Below are positions 25,872 to 38,442 of a DNA stretch of 64,000 bases, one piece after another. Source of the DNA: Blastocladiella emersonii ATCC 22665 (taxonomy: Eukaryota; Fungi; Blastocladiomycota); assembly GCA_025594325.1 (NCBI GenBank), contig JANHCV010000007.1, positions 1,922,001 to 1,986,000 of the forward strand. Direction: 5' to 3'. The first letter of the stretch is position 1, and each line of letters begins with the position of its first letter. The notes under the pieces are model-generated. The model saw only the letters and a program-made list of their open reading frames with translations, had not been told where the DNA came from and did no database searches. The position numbers and the translations under genes were made by a program.

Positions 25872-26529
25872 GGTGGAGAGAGTGGTGGAGGGTGGGGTGG
25901 GTTGGGTGGGTGGGCGGGCTGCTCGGGCTGCTGGCTGTCGAACGACGGTGGAGGGCCGGGGGCGCGCGCCCTATTTATCGGCTGGGCGGGCGGGAGAGGG
26001 GCGAGCGGGCGGGATCCGTCGTCGCGCACGGCGGGCGAGCGACAGCCGACGCGACGCGACGCGAAAAGGAGCAACGGCGAGCCGAGCACGCTGCCGTGTC
26101 CGAGGCACGGCCGGCCAAGGCTCCAACGAGGGACCGACCGCGTCAGCGTTCGCGCGTTGGCGCGTCGGCGCGGGGGCACGCAGACGGCAAGTCGAGCGAA
26201 CAAGCGCGCGCTCGCCGGCCGCGATGGGCGATCCGCCGTTCCCACATTTCGTGCGGGGCCAGCGGGTGCGGTGTGGTCGGGCGCCCGTTTGGGCAGGTGG
26301 TGCGCCGTGGATGCATGGGCGGGCGCGTTTGATTACATTGCAGGCGGGCGTGAAATGCGGGAGAGAGCGTGATCTGCGAGGGACGCGTGGGACTTGGAGC
26401 CAGCCGGTCCGCCGACCGCCGACCACCGACCGCGGCGTCCATCCCCTCCGCTCCACCACGGACTCGCTCCCAACCCTCTGCCACGCATCGAACGGAACGC
26501 GCAACTCGCTGCAACGCGCCCCCGCCGCC

Positions 26530-29024
26530 ATGTTCAAGCGCTCGGGCAACGCCGCCCGCAGTCGCAACATCCGCCGCAAGGCCGACGCGCCCGACGCGGA
26601 CGGCGACGCGCCGATCCCGCCCACGCTCGACGCCGGCGCGACGGCGAGCCCGCTTCACGGTACGGGCCCACTGCCCGACCTCGCCGTGCACTATGGACGC
26701 GTGCGCTGATGCCCTCCCGTCCGTCTAGCCAGCGATGCCGCCGACACTCCTTCAAACGCGGCCGCCGCTGCGGCGCTCGCGGATCCCACGCTGCCCGCCG
26801 ACGCCGACGCGGATGCGGACCCGACCGAGGTCCGTTCTCGGGCGCCCTGCCCGCTGGCTCCAGTTCACACGCTCACCCGGACTGCATGCGTGCGTGCGCG
26901 CGTGCCGCTGTGTAGGCTCCCGCGGGCAAGCCGCTGATCCGCCGCCGCCGTGGCCCCACCGCGGCGACCTCCTCCATCGAGGAGGCGGCCGATGACGACG
27001 ACGCCGCCGCGGCGCCCGTGATTCCCATCAAGCGCTCGTCCACGGCCAAGCGCGTGGCCGCCCGCGCCGGCGGCGTGTTTGCGACTTCGGCACGGTGCGC
27101 GCCCGCGGTTCCCATCGCCGTTCCCTTGCGCGCGCTCACCCTCCCTCATCTCGCCGCGTCTAGTGCGCCGATCACCGCATCCTCGGCGCGGGCCGACGTG
27201 GGAGCGCGGGACACGGCCTCCCCTGCGCCTGCGCCACCCACCGCCGCCACCGCCATCGTCGTCGAGCCGGCCGCCGCCGCCGGCGCGGACTCGACGCCGC
27301 ACGACCCGTTCGCGAGCCGCCGCCAGCGACTCGCCGACCAGTTCGCCGTGCACACCAGCAACTCGCTCACGCCGCGCCCGACCGCCGCCGCCGTCGCTGA
27401 CGACTACATCTCCATCATCGACCTGTCGCGTCCCGCCTCCACCGGCCACGGCCTCGTCGTTGACGCGTCCGACGCCTTTGCCGGCCCGCTCGCCACCCTC
27501 CCCGACGCCGCCGCCAGCGCGAGAGACGATGACGACGAGGACGAGGACGAGGAGCGCGACCGCGAGGAGGCCGAGCTGCGCCAGTGGGAGCTCGACCAGA
27601 TCCGCCGCGGCGGCGCCCTCGCCGGCACCGGCGCATCCATCGGCATCCGCTCCACCTCCGTCGCCGCCGCTATGCACGACATTGCCCGCGAGGCCGACCT
27701 GCGCCTCCCGCACTTTGCCCCCGTCCCGCCCGTCGCCGACGCCCTCGCCGCCGCCGACCGCCTCGTCGCCACCATGCACGCCCACGTCGCGGCCGACGCC
27801 GATGCGGTCGCCCTGCTTGAACGCGAGCTCGCTGCCCTGCTCGACGCCGACGCCGCGGCCGACGAGGACATCCACGCCCTCAGCCTCCAGGCTGCCGCCG
27901 CCGCCGAGCTGCGTGACTACGTCCAGGACCTCATCGAGTGGCACGTCGATATCGACCCCGTCCTCGCCGACCTCGAGGCCGCGTGGACAGCTCCCGCCGC
28001 TGCCGCCGAACCCGATCTCGCTGCGCGTCTCGCGACTGACGTCGCTGCCGCCCTCGACGACGTGCGCGACGACCTGCGCGATCTGTCCACGGTCCTCGCC
28101 CGCCTCGCCAGGTACAAGGCCGCCCACCCGGACGAGTACCGCCGCGGGCGCGTCGCCGACGTGGTCCCGCTCGCCGTCGCACCGCACGTGCGCGCCGACC
28201 TCGTCGCCTGGGACCCGCTCAACCCGGCCGTGACCTCCGCGGGTGGCTGGTGGTCGCTCGCTGACCGCGCGTGGCACGCTCCCGCCGAGGCGTACGGCCA
28301 CACCGGCGACGTGGCTACCCAGAACCCCAACGACCCGGACCTGCTCCTGTACGCGCGCCTCGTCGCCAACCACGTCGTGCCCGCCTTCCTCGCGCGCCTG
28401 CGCGCCGCCGCCTCCCCCGCGACGTGGGCCGCGATCCCGCACCTCGCTGCCCGCCTTGACACCGTCCTCGAGGACATTGCCTGCGTCACCACCCCCGACC
28501 CGCGCCGCGCCGGCCCGTTCCAGGTCCTCGTCTCCGCCATCGTCGACCAGACGCTCGACGCCGTCTCGGACGCTGCGCCCGCCCCCGCCGCGGGCGCCGT
28601 CGAGATGGTCAAGGTTGTCCAGCTTGTGCGCCGGTATCTCCCGCCCGAGTCGATCGCCCTCACCATCGCGCCGCTGCGCGCCGCCGCGCTCGCCCACCTC
28701 GCGTCGGCCATCTCCGCGGGCATCGGTGAGGCCGAGCACGTCGACGTCGCCCGAACCGTCGAGCGGCTCGTCGACGGGTCGCTCCTCCCGTCGTCCGCTG
28801 CCTCCGCCGCCACCGCGCCGCCAAGGGTCCCCGAACCTGTCGTCGAGTACGGGCCCGCTGCGCGACCCGGTTCCCAACCTGCTCCCGCGCCAGCGGCACC
28901 GAAACTTCGTGCGCCCGCGGACCCGGCGCTCATGCAGGTTGTCGACGCGGTCCTCGGGTCCGACCTCCCGCTCTCGGACGCGCAGCGGTCCAAGCTGCTC
29001 GCGTGGCATGAGCTGCGATCGTGA
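26530..29024 (+). CDS. GCFC2/PAXBP1 (Ntr2-related) spliceosome-disassembly factor with introns near the 5' end
   Basis: MFKRSGNAARSRNIRRK basic N-terminus. EEAELRQWELDQIRRGG acidic motif. RYKAAHPDEYRRGRV..APHVRADLVAWDPL fits the GCFC domain. Main exon frame is 27018-29024. Confidence 0.75.
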
Positions 29025-29129
29025 GTGAACGAATACATGTCTCCTTAGTGTATCCACCTCGCCGCCTCGGCCCAAGCGGGAATGAGCTGCTTCCGCGAGC
29101 TGACACGAACTAACTCCCTCGCTGACTTC

Positions 29130-30780
29130 GGTCCTTCCTCAACCCGGCGAACGACGCGTCATTCATTGGCGCGCTGAATCAGCTGATGCGGGTCGCCATG
29201 GCAGGAGCCGCGGCTCCGGCCGCCGCCACGGCCAAGGCAGGCGCTCTCTGTCCATCGCCTGATGCCAATGAAGCAAATCCCATGGAACCTAATGCAACGT
29301 CGCACTGAGCCGATGTGCCACCCGTCGTCACCGCCGACGGCGCCGCGAGGTGCCTGACTGCGACAAGGACTGGACCCCGACGACTCGCTGGCCATGACCC
29401 GCTGCCGGCCTAGCGCCTTGTGATACCTTGATATGCTACCTATGTCCAACTGCTTGATGCCGCCGCCTCAGCTGCGTGCGTTGGCGCAGCCTCCAGGTCG
29501 CTGCCTTGTCCTTGTCGTGTGTAGCGGCCTCGCGCTGCTACCCCGACTACCCTTGTCATCGCCGATGTCGCTGAGATCCAGGCAATCCTGGGGCCAGGAC
29601 TCGTTTACTTTGCTTCGCCATGGCGCTCCTCGCCCGCCGCTTCCACATTCCCGCTCGCAGCGCCCTCGGATCATGCAAGAGAACATACGTCTTGGCGAAC
29701 AGACCAACTCCCAACGTTCCCTGCCTTAATGGAAGCTCGATCGCTCCGTCTCTCTGATTTACCCCGATATCGTCTCCGGCGCCCGCGAACTTGCCTCACG
29801 CAACATCGTGGCTGTCCCGTTTATCGACCCCTCAGCGTCCGCTTCGTTCATCGGCCGAGCTGCCAGCTATCGTGGACACGGCCGTTCTCCTGTGCAAGTG
29901 CCTTCGCACCATGCACGAAAGCTGAGTACTACCGCGACACGCAGGCCGACACTTCGACGACTTGGGCCGCGACGTGCCGTCTCAAAATGCGAACCGGTGA
30001 CGAGGCCGTTTCACGCGCCACGATGGTGCTTTTTGCCTCGACGACTGCACGCGCACCGCCCTGCCGCACAACATCTTGCAGGACGTTGGCCTGACCGCGT
30101 AGATGGCGTTTAAACAAGACACTTGCTACCTTTGCGCACCAGTTGGGCCGTACTGAAGATGAGCGAAGGCCGCGGCGCTTGGTCAAAGTCTTGCACGGTC
30201 TGACCCGACCGTACTTACTTTGAGTCCGGGCTCGGGGAACTCCACGTACCGCGGAGCGCTGCTGAGTTCAATAGCGGAGCTCGTCGCGACTACGTTGCTG
30301 CCCACTTGGCTCTCGGCCTCGTCACCCTAACCGCCCACATCTCCGCCTTGCAATAGTTCAGGCAGCCGATTTGTGAGCTTTCAGAGAACGTACACGGCAT
30401 CCACTGGCTTAACGTGGCCGACACCGCTTCCGCGCGGTAAGGACTGCTCGCGTGACGCGAGGGACTTGCCTTGCCGTCAGCGCTCATCGCCGCGCGAGCG
30501 GCTCGTCGTCCCTAGCCGCGCGGCTCTACTCGTTGATCATTGTCGAAAACAGTTGCACAGTCGAATGAAGCCTTCAATTCAAAGTGCCGGGTCCCTGCTG
30601 TAAGCTCACCACGGCGAGTTCGCCTAATCGCGCGGATCGCACTCGTTGACGGTCCGCTCACTGGTCCTAGTCAAGGACGAGAAGTGCTGCTATGCTTGAA
30701 TGAATATGCCAGCGTGATGACAATCGTACGGGCGTTGGGAAGACTGAGCAAGAGGCCTAGGCGACGGGGCCAGCACGGCG
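29130..30780 (+). pseudogene. Possible eroded coding sequence of unknown family
   Basis: Long + strand stretches read like protein (FLNPANDASFIGALNQLMRVAMA..., ATYVQLLDAAASAA..., ELPAIVDTAVLLCKCLRTMHES*) but are broken by TGA/TAG stops and frameshifts. GC is visibly lower than in the flanking genes. Confidence 0.3.
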
Positions 30781-30825
30781 CGGTCACGGTGGATGACCAA
30801 CGCGTCCCCGCTGGCCACTGACCGT

Positions 30826-31201
30826 CGACTTAGACACATGAATTCAACTCCCAAAAACAATAATTCTTGTTTATCACTGAATCGTGATCAGGGACCCTCG
30901 GGAACCCCAGAAATGCAAAAATCCCCGAGTCAAAGCATGGGGGTGTTGAGATCGTGTTCGGGCGCGCCGAGGCGAAAAAGTTTTTCACTCGCGGCCGTCG
31001 CGACGAGCTCGCGGCGCGGGTGGGCAATTCAAGCACGTAACGCTCAATCTGGCAGCTCCCGACCTGTCTCGGATCTGGCTCAAACTTTGCACGTAATCTT
31101 CTGATATATCATGAAATATTTTAGACTAGTGGGCATAATTTTACGGCGTCGTTTGACGGCCCTGCACGCATCGGGGGTGGTTAGTTCACGTACGTATTCG
31201 A
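30826..31201. mobile_element. Dispersed AT-rich repeat, copy 1 (376 bp); candidate non-autonomous DNA transposon (MITE-like)
   Basis: Nearly identical to 35675-36046 in the same orientation, from CGACTTAGACACATGAATTC to GTTCACGTA(CGTA)TTCGA. No coding capacity and only loosely inverted ends. The repeat itself is certain; the element class is not. Confidence 0.6.
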
Positions 31202-34200
31202 GCTCCACCTCGCTCGCCCACTGGGTTGGCCACCGGGCCGGGCGGCAGGCACTCTGCTCCCACTGCTCGGGCCCGCGACCGCGTCCACTGGCTTCGCTCG
31301 CCATCCTTTGCCCACGATCACACTCGCCGCTAATCAGCAACATGACCGCCGCCGGGTCGACCAAGGCAAAGCGCGGCAACATGGCCGCCGGGTTGACGAT
31401 CAAGGCGAAGAAGCAGCAAGCAACATGGCCGACCGCCGGGTCCTGGACCTGCGTGTGGTCGACGCGGCGGCGACGCGCGAGACACGGGCGCTGTCGTGGC
31501 GGCGGTGGCCGTTCCAAGGCGCGCGCGCCTCGTACGCGGGAGGAACGAGCGGCGGGTCGCCCGACGTTCATGAGCTCGCCGTCCGCGAGCTAAGCTAGCT
31601 CGTTGCGTCCGTGTGATGTTCCCGTCCGGCGCGCGCCCAACCTGTCGTCGCCCGCGATCGCGATCGTGCCCCGCGACGGCGCGCGCGCAAGTTCGGGAGT
31701 TCGGCATGCCGACCGCCGCCGAGCTAGCTGGTTGACGAGAACGAAGATCCCCCACCCGACTCGCGTCCTGCGGTCGGCCGACCTCACGCGCATCGCCACG
31801 CATCGCCAAGAAGCGGGGCGGTCCGCGGCGAAGGAGCCGTCGGTCGGCGCTGTTTGGCGTCGACCTGCTGTCGCGCGAGGACATGAGCTCCGAGGAGGAC
31901 GGCGATGTGGCCGGCACGAAGTATCACGGCTTGGGCGCCACCAAGTACGCGAGATGCGCGCCGAGCCGCGCCGAGCCGCGCCGAGCCGCGCCGCGCGGAA
32001 AAGGGTTGCCGATGCTGGCACGCGTCCAAGAGGGACCTGGCCCGACGCGACGACGGCAGCATAAAGTAGAAGCGGGGCCGGCTGCCAGGATGAGCCGCGG
32101 CACGCAGCGGCGCTCGAGGACGGCGACGCTCTCGCCGGGTAGCGGGGAGCATGTTTGGACGCATCAAAGTTGAGTGAGCATGGACGGCGACGGGTTGAAC
32201 GCAAGATCAAGCAACCACGGCGCCCGCCGCCAGGCTCGCGAGCGACCGAGCCAAAGCGTGCTGCTGCTGGCACTGCTCCGGGTGGCAACGATCCAAGGGG
32301 CGGCGGCGGCGGCTTACGACGGGTGTGCAGCTGGCGTGTGCCGGCACACGCGGGGCAGCGGCAGCGGGCAGAGTGTCGCGTGCGCGCGGGACGGCCATGC
32401 CACCGACCGCAGCCGGCAGCCGCTCCAGCACAACGGCCGCAGCGAGGGAGCGAGCGAGCGCGGACATCACCACCACCGCTCACGCTGCAGTCTGACACCG
32501 TAGGAGGGAAAGTGCAGGGCAGGGTGCGGTCGGCGAGGGGGCGATGCTTGCGCGCGAGGGCAAGTCGCTCGGGGTTTGGCGCGCCCCGCCAGCGACAACA
32601 AGCGACGAGGTCATGCATGGGTCATGGGCGCGTGGTGCCGCCGCGGCATGTGCGACGTGTTGATGTGGTAGACATGGATGCGTTTCATGGAGTGGGGAGG
32701 TTATATAGCGGTTCATGATCAGGCGAGAGAGCGAGGACCGCGCGCGGCGACGAGGCGCCCTTTATACTCCTCCGCCCGCGCCCCTGCTGCCTGCCACGCG
32801 GCGGCCACCGCCACCGCCACCGACAAGGACTCTGGCGCTCTGACGCAAGCAGCGAGCGGCGAGCAGCGAGCAGCGAGCAGGATACGGCGGGGTCCGAAGC
32901 CGAACCACCGCCGCGGCGGCCTCGGCTGCGGGCGACTGCAGCTCGCCGTGGGAGGTCGTCGGTTGGCGGCGCGGTCGCTTGGCCCGTGGTACACAGGTCA
33001 CACCCGACTTGACAACGACGACGAACAGGCTGCGCACGCATCTTGGACCACCGGGTCGACCGCATGGGTGAGGTCGATCGCGCCCGCGACGCCGGCATGG
33101 CTCGCGAGCCGGGACGACCGACCGCGGCTTCGCGAGCACACGCACCCGCGCGCGCTCGCGAGCGGCGAATACAACGACGCGGGAACGTTTGAGCGGCCAA
33201 GCGTCAGGTTCGGGCGAAGGCATCGTAAGGCATCGTAAGGCTGCGGGCGCGGCACAGCAGCACGCACGCCCGGCGCGGCCGTTTCGATGGCGTTTCGCCG
33301 CCCCGTACGCTTACCAGCCAGCGTGACGGCCGAGACGTTCGTTGCTCAGCTGGCCGGCCGGCTGCGTCCACGGACATGCCGACGTTGATCCCACAGCTGC
33401 GCCGCGCTCGCTCGCTCGCTCGCCCAGGGCGGCGACGTTCGGGGGCGGCCCACACCGAGCCGAGCGAGAATCTCGGAGGTCGTCGGTGCGCCCAGCCGCT
33501 GCTGCAGCGGGCGCGCCGCGCGAGGAAGAAACGAGGGCCAGAAGCCGCGGACACATAAAGTACAAGCCGAGAGGTAGCTGTAGCGAGAGACGACGGACGG
33601 GCCTGCTGGTAGTCCGCGACGGGGGCGGCGACAGCGGATGGCGCGCGCGCCGCTCGAGCTCCGACCGTCGTTCCGACTTTGGGGGAAGAAGAGGGCGTGT
33701 GCGAGAGGGAGCAGCAGCTCGGCACCAGCTCGGCAGCGACGACTCGACTCGACTCGAGGTGCGCCGAGTTGGGGAGGGCAGGGCGAGCTGATTCGAAGCA
33801 GGGTCCGCAGCGTCGAGGACGGGCGGTGGTCAAGGGCGATGGCGCGCAAACGACACTCGAAGCGGTGCACGGCCGTGAGCGGAAACGTCGGTCGGCGCGA
33901 CTGGCGGGGGCAGCAGGTCAGGTCGGGACGCGGTGGGGCAGAGCAGGGCGACGCGCGCGTTGATGTACACACGGAGGGAGGAGTGGCGGCGATTGGGGGC
34001 GACGGCGCGGACGTGCGCGTGCGAAGGCCGTCGAGCTCGCGGGCGAGGGCAAACGCGCTGGCTGGTTGGCACGTAGAGCGTGGAGTGGTGGTGGTGGCGG
34101 CGGCGGGCAAGCGCGGCGCGGCGCGGCGCGGCGCATGCGACAGCACCCGCTCGGCCACATGTATACGGAACGAGGAGAGGACCACCAGCTGTGCTGCTGT

Positions 34201-35674
34201 TTGACGCCGACAGAAGAAGGTTGCTTGCTGCAGCGCTCAAGCGCGAGAGCGATGCCATGGGGCGAGCAGCCCGCGGAGCACGCTGCGGGCGAGGTTCATG
34301 CGATTCCATCAAGTTACAGTGCCACGTCGTGCCTTGCCTTGTTGACGTGCACATGGACATGGAGGTGAGCGGGGTGCCTGACCGACCGACCGAGGCCGCG
34401 CCACGCCACGCGGTGGCCATGGCGCCGTGGCCGCCGCGCTGCGCGTCCTTGTCAGCTGACGGCGACTGACGCGTTGCGGGGCGCGCTTCGGGAGGGATGG
34501 GGAGACGTGAGGAGGCCAGAGCCTTCTTCTTCTCTCTTCTCCACCGACTGCCGCCCCATGCACCATGACCATGAAAGCCGATGCAACGTGATAACTTGAT
34601 GCAACATCACGCCGGACAGGCCCTGACGCGGATCGGCGCCGCCGCGAGGTGCCCAGCCGCATCTGCTGTACCGCTACTACTGTACGACTGAGCTGAGCGT
34701 CAGTCGGACTGCTTCGTCAGCTATGCAGCTCGTCCGTCCCCGTCGTCCTTGTCGGGAACGCCGCCTTCCGCTTGCCGTGCTGCCCTACGTTAGTCGCATG
34801 CAAAGGTTTGCTTTGGCGGCGGGCCCCCGCTAGCCAGCGTCCCTCGCTCGCTCGCCTCGTTCCGGTCCCCCTGTCGCCCCACGCCGCCGATCTGCACTGC
34901 CGAACCTCACCCGACCACCGCGACCGCTTCGTCGTCCTCGCCGGCCACCTGCTCGTCCCCCGCTGGCATGCATTCCCGAGCCGCACGACCTCCGTTCGAG
35001 CCGACCTACATGGACGTGCTCACAGCCTCGGCAACTTCATGGCGGGCCAGGTGAGTCGTCGCCACACGCGCACGCGCACGCACGAGCGGGGCCAGCGTTT
35101 GGTGTGCGCGCGGGGCGCGCTTCGGGATCCGCTGCTGCTCGTCGGCCGCAATCGCCGCCTTTCGCACCTGCTGCTTTATGACCTCGCGCTTTCGTAGCCT
35201 AGCCCAGCTGGCGGGCGGCTTGCTGCTTCGCGAGAGCATGGATGCTGCCGCCTCGCTCAACCGGCGGCCACGGCGGCGGTGCCCCTCGCGTCGCCGTCCT
35301 TGACGCGCGCGTGCACCCGCCGTACCGCGTTGTTGATTCACGCTTTTGCCGCGCGGCCCGAGCGAGGCCCTAGGATGCGTCCGTTGCTCAGCGTGTACAC
35401 ACGCGCGAGGTGAGCGTGCGTGCGTGCCGACGGCGAGCCGAATTCGCGCGGTCTACTAACTACCCTCCCCGCCACCCATGCCGACACTCTGACGAGACCG
35501 AGTGAGCGGAGGCACGCACGCGTGGTGATGATGATGTGCGGCGCCTTTGTTACGACGCTCGGGCCAGAAAGGCGCCTGTCTGGACTTGCGCGCGCTCGCG
35601 CGCGTGCGCCACGATGGCGCGGCGGGGGACGCTGGCCGCCGCCCGGCCCAGCCAGCCCGCCGCCCACCGCCCGC

Positions 35675-36046
35675 CGACTTAGACACATGAATTCAACTCC
35701 CAAAAACAATAATTCTTGTTTATCACTGAATCGTGATCAGGGACCCTCGGGAACCCCAGAAATGCAAAAATCCCCGAGTCAAAGCATGGGGGTGTTGAGA
35801 TCGTGTTCGGGCGCGCCGAGGCGAAAAAGTTTTTCACTCGCGGCCGTCGCGACGAGCTCGCGGCGCGGGTGGGCAATTCAAGCACGTAACGCTCAATCTG
35901 GCAGCTCCCGACCTGTCTCGGATCTGGCTCAAACTTTGCACGTAATCTTCTGATATATCATGAGATATTTTAGACTAGTGAACATAATTTTACGGCGTCG
36001 TTTGACGGCCCTGCACGCATCGGGGGTAGTTAGTTCACGTATTCGA
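35675..36046. mobile_element. Dispersed AT-rich repeat, copy 2 (372 bp)
   Basis: Differs from copy 1 by about four substitutions and a 4-bp indel near the right end. Confidence 0.6.
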
Positions 36047-36367
36047 AGTGCGCGCTGGTTTTGCTTGGCAATCGTGGCCAGCGACTTCCCCGTCGCTTCT
36101 CCCATCACGCCCATTTCATCGACAGCGTTGAAGCGATCCCGCAGACCATACCACGGGCTGATACTGGTTCCAGAGCGTTCCAGTAGCCCAACGACGACTC
36201 CCTTATGGCTCATCAAAGGCCGTTTTCAGTGATACAACTCGACTCCTCAGTCCGCGAGCAGGTGAACAACCGACAGCGGGCAGAAGGTCATTTAAGAAAA
36301 CTCGTTATACATTCCACTCTCGTCACCAAAGATCCGGCGCAGCACACGCCATTCGGGGGCACACGAC

Positions 36368-38205
36368 TTAGTCGACGATGAGCTCCTTGTCGACCTGGGC
36401 GTAGTTGGCGAAGAAGGCGGTGAAGAGCTTGATGGCGTCGGTGATGTCGTGGGTGCCGGCCTGCTCGCGGATCGAGTGCATGGACAGCTGCGGGTTGCCG
36501 ATGTCGATGGTGCGGAGGCCGAGCTTGCCCGAGAGGATGGGGCCGATGGTCGAGCCGCACGGCGAGTCGTTGCGGACGGCAAACTCCTGGAGCTGGACGC
36601 CGGCGCGCTTGGCCATGTTGCGGAGGAGCTGGCAGGTCGGGGCGGTGGTCGCGTAGCGCTGGTTGGCGTTGTGCTTGATGACGACGCCCTTGTTCATCTC
36701 GGGCGCGAGCTCGCCGCAATGTTTGTCAGCGAAATTCGGGTGGAGAGCATGCGCCATGTCTGCGGAGATGAGGAACGACTTCTGCATGGCCTCCTCGAAG
36801 GCGGACGAGGACGAGCCGTGGGCGTCGCGGGACACGCCCGAGGTGATGCGGCGGAGCGCCGACTCGAGCATGTGGCTGTCGGCACCGTAGGCCGAGAGCG
36901 AGCCGACCTCCTCGTTGTCGAACAGGGCAACGACCGCGACGGCCTCGTCGGCGTCGACGGCGGCCTGGTCGGCGGCGTGGTCGAGGATGGCCGACAGACC
37001 CGTGAAGGACATGACGAGGTTGTCGCAGCGGGGCGCGAAGACGTACTCGCTGAGGGCGCCGCCGATGACGGCAGGCTGGGTGTCGAAGAGGCACAGCTCG
37101 ACGTCGGCGACGTGGGCGGGGTCGCAGCCGATGCGCTCGGCGAGGGCGGTCAGGAGCAGGGTGTGGTGCTTGGGGGCGTCGTCGCCCGACGGGGTGGCGA
37201 TCTTGTTGAGCTCGGCGGCGGCGGTCGAGCACAGGACGGGGAGGAGCTGGTTCTCCTTGTTGAAGGTGAAGCCGTCGTTGACGCCGCGGTCGAGGTGGAT
37301 GGCGAGGGTCGGGACGCGCAGGATGGGCTCGGCGATCTTGACGAGGTGGTGCGAGGGCTTGGCGTCGGCCGACTCGGGCTGGACGATGACGCGGCCGGCG
37401 ACGCCGAGGTCGCGGTCGAACCACGTGTGCCACAGACCGCCGCCGTAGCACTGGACGCCGACCTGCATGTAGCCGGCCTTGGTCTTGCGCGAGATGGGCT
37501 TGAGCTTGAGGCAGGGCGAGTCGGTGTGGGCGGCGACGATGCCGAAGCCGTTGCCGGGCACGAACTTGCCACCGACGACGAAGGCGACGACGGACGAGGC
37601 GTTGCGGGTGAAGTAGTACTTGCCGCCGGGGACGAGCGAGCCGTCCCAGCACTCGCGCTCCTTGAGGGCCTTGAAGCCGGCGGCCTCGAGGCGCTTGCGG
37701 GCCTCGGCGACGGCGTGGAACGGCGAGGGCGACGCGTTCACGAACTCGAGGAAGCCGCGCGCGGCGGCGGGGACCTTGGAGGCGGCGTTGGCGGTGATCG
37801 ACTATGAACGGGAGGGTTGGGAAGCAATGAGGGCAGCAGGAGGTCAGTACGAGGGCGGTCCATGCGGCCATGCACCCCAACAAACGACATCTGCCGACAA
37901 ACCTTGCCGACCACGACGGAGACGGGTCCTGCAGGATCGCCGGCCGCACAAACGAACGAGACGGCGGGGAGCGCCGGGACCGCGACCTCGCTGCCGCCGT
38001 ACAGGGCGCGCGAGCCCGGCTTGATCAGCGGCGCGCGCTCGTCATCCTCGCGGCGCGTACGAGACGCAGACCGAGAACGCGGCATGCAGCACACGAGCGA
38101 GCGCAGGACCGACGCAGCGGCGGAGGGCAGCGAGGTGCGGCGGGCGCGATGTCCGTGGGCGGACGCGGCCGCAGGCTTCTCGGCGTCGGATACATGTGCA
38201 GTCAT
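36368..38205 (-). CDS. DNPEP: Aspartyl aminopeptidase (peptidase M18); conserved core 36368 to about 37800, upstream exon and start tentative
   Basis: FVNASPSPFHAV, AAHTDSPCLKLKP, LWHTWFDRDLGVAGRV, ALFDNEEVGS, ISADMAHALHPN, SPCGSTIGPIL, QLSMHSIRE: the complete M18 motif set. An acceptor (..CATAG) near 37802 implies a further 5' exon. Confidence 0.95.
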
Positions 38206-38442
38206 GGTGCGGTGTGCGGCGGGTGCGTACCATGGCGGGGAGGAGACGGGTTGGCCGCTGACGGGGAGCGAGCGTGCGGATCGGCGGCGGCGGCGACTTT
38301 GACCGCCGCGACCTTTCGTTTGCGCGGAGTCGGGTGGGCCCGCCGGTCACGCGGGGACGCCCGATGGCCCCGGTCGTGGGCCCGGTCAGCCCTCCCTCGC
38401 TTCCGCTATGGTACGCTGTCAAGGAACTGTATTGCTTCAGAA

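Noticed and set aside
30826-36046. The repeat pair as LTRs of a retrotransposon, or as Helitrons
   Set aside because: No TG..CA ends, PBS/PPT, flanking TSD or gag/pol remnants. The minus strand starts TC and has a CTAA near its end, but shared sequence continues past CTAA and the A|T insertion rule is not met.
36047-36230. Protein-like minus-strand fragment (HKGVVVGLLERSGTSISPWYGLRDRFNAVDEMG) abutting repeat copy 2
   Set aside because: Too short, no recognisable family, and it does not resume on the other side of the repeat. It may simply be the DNPEP 3' flank.
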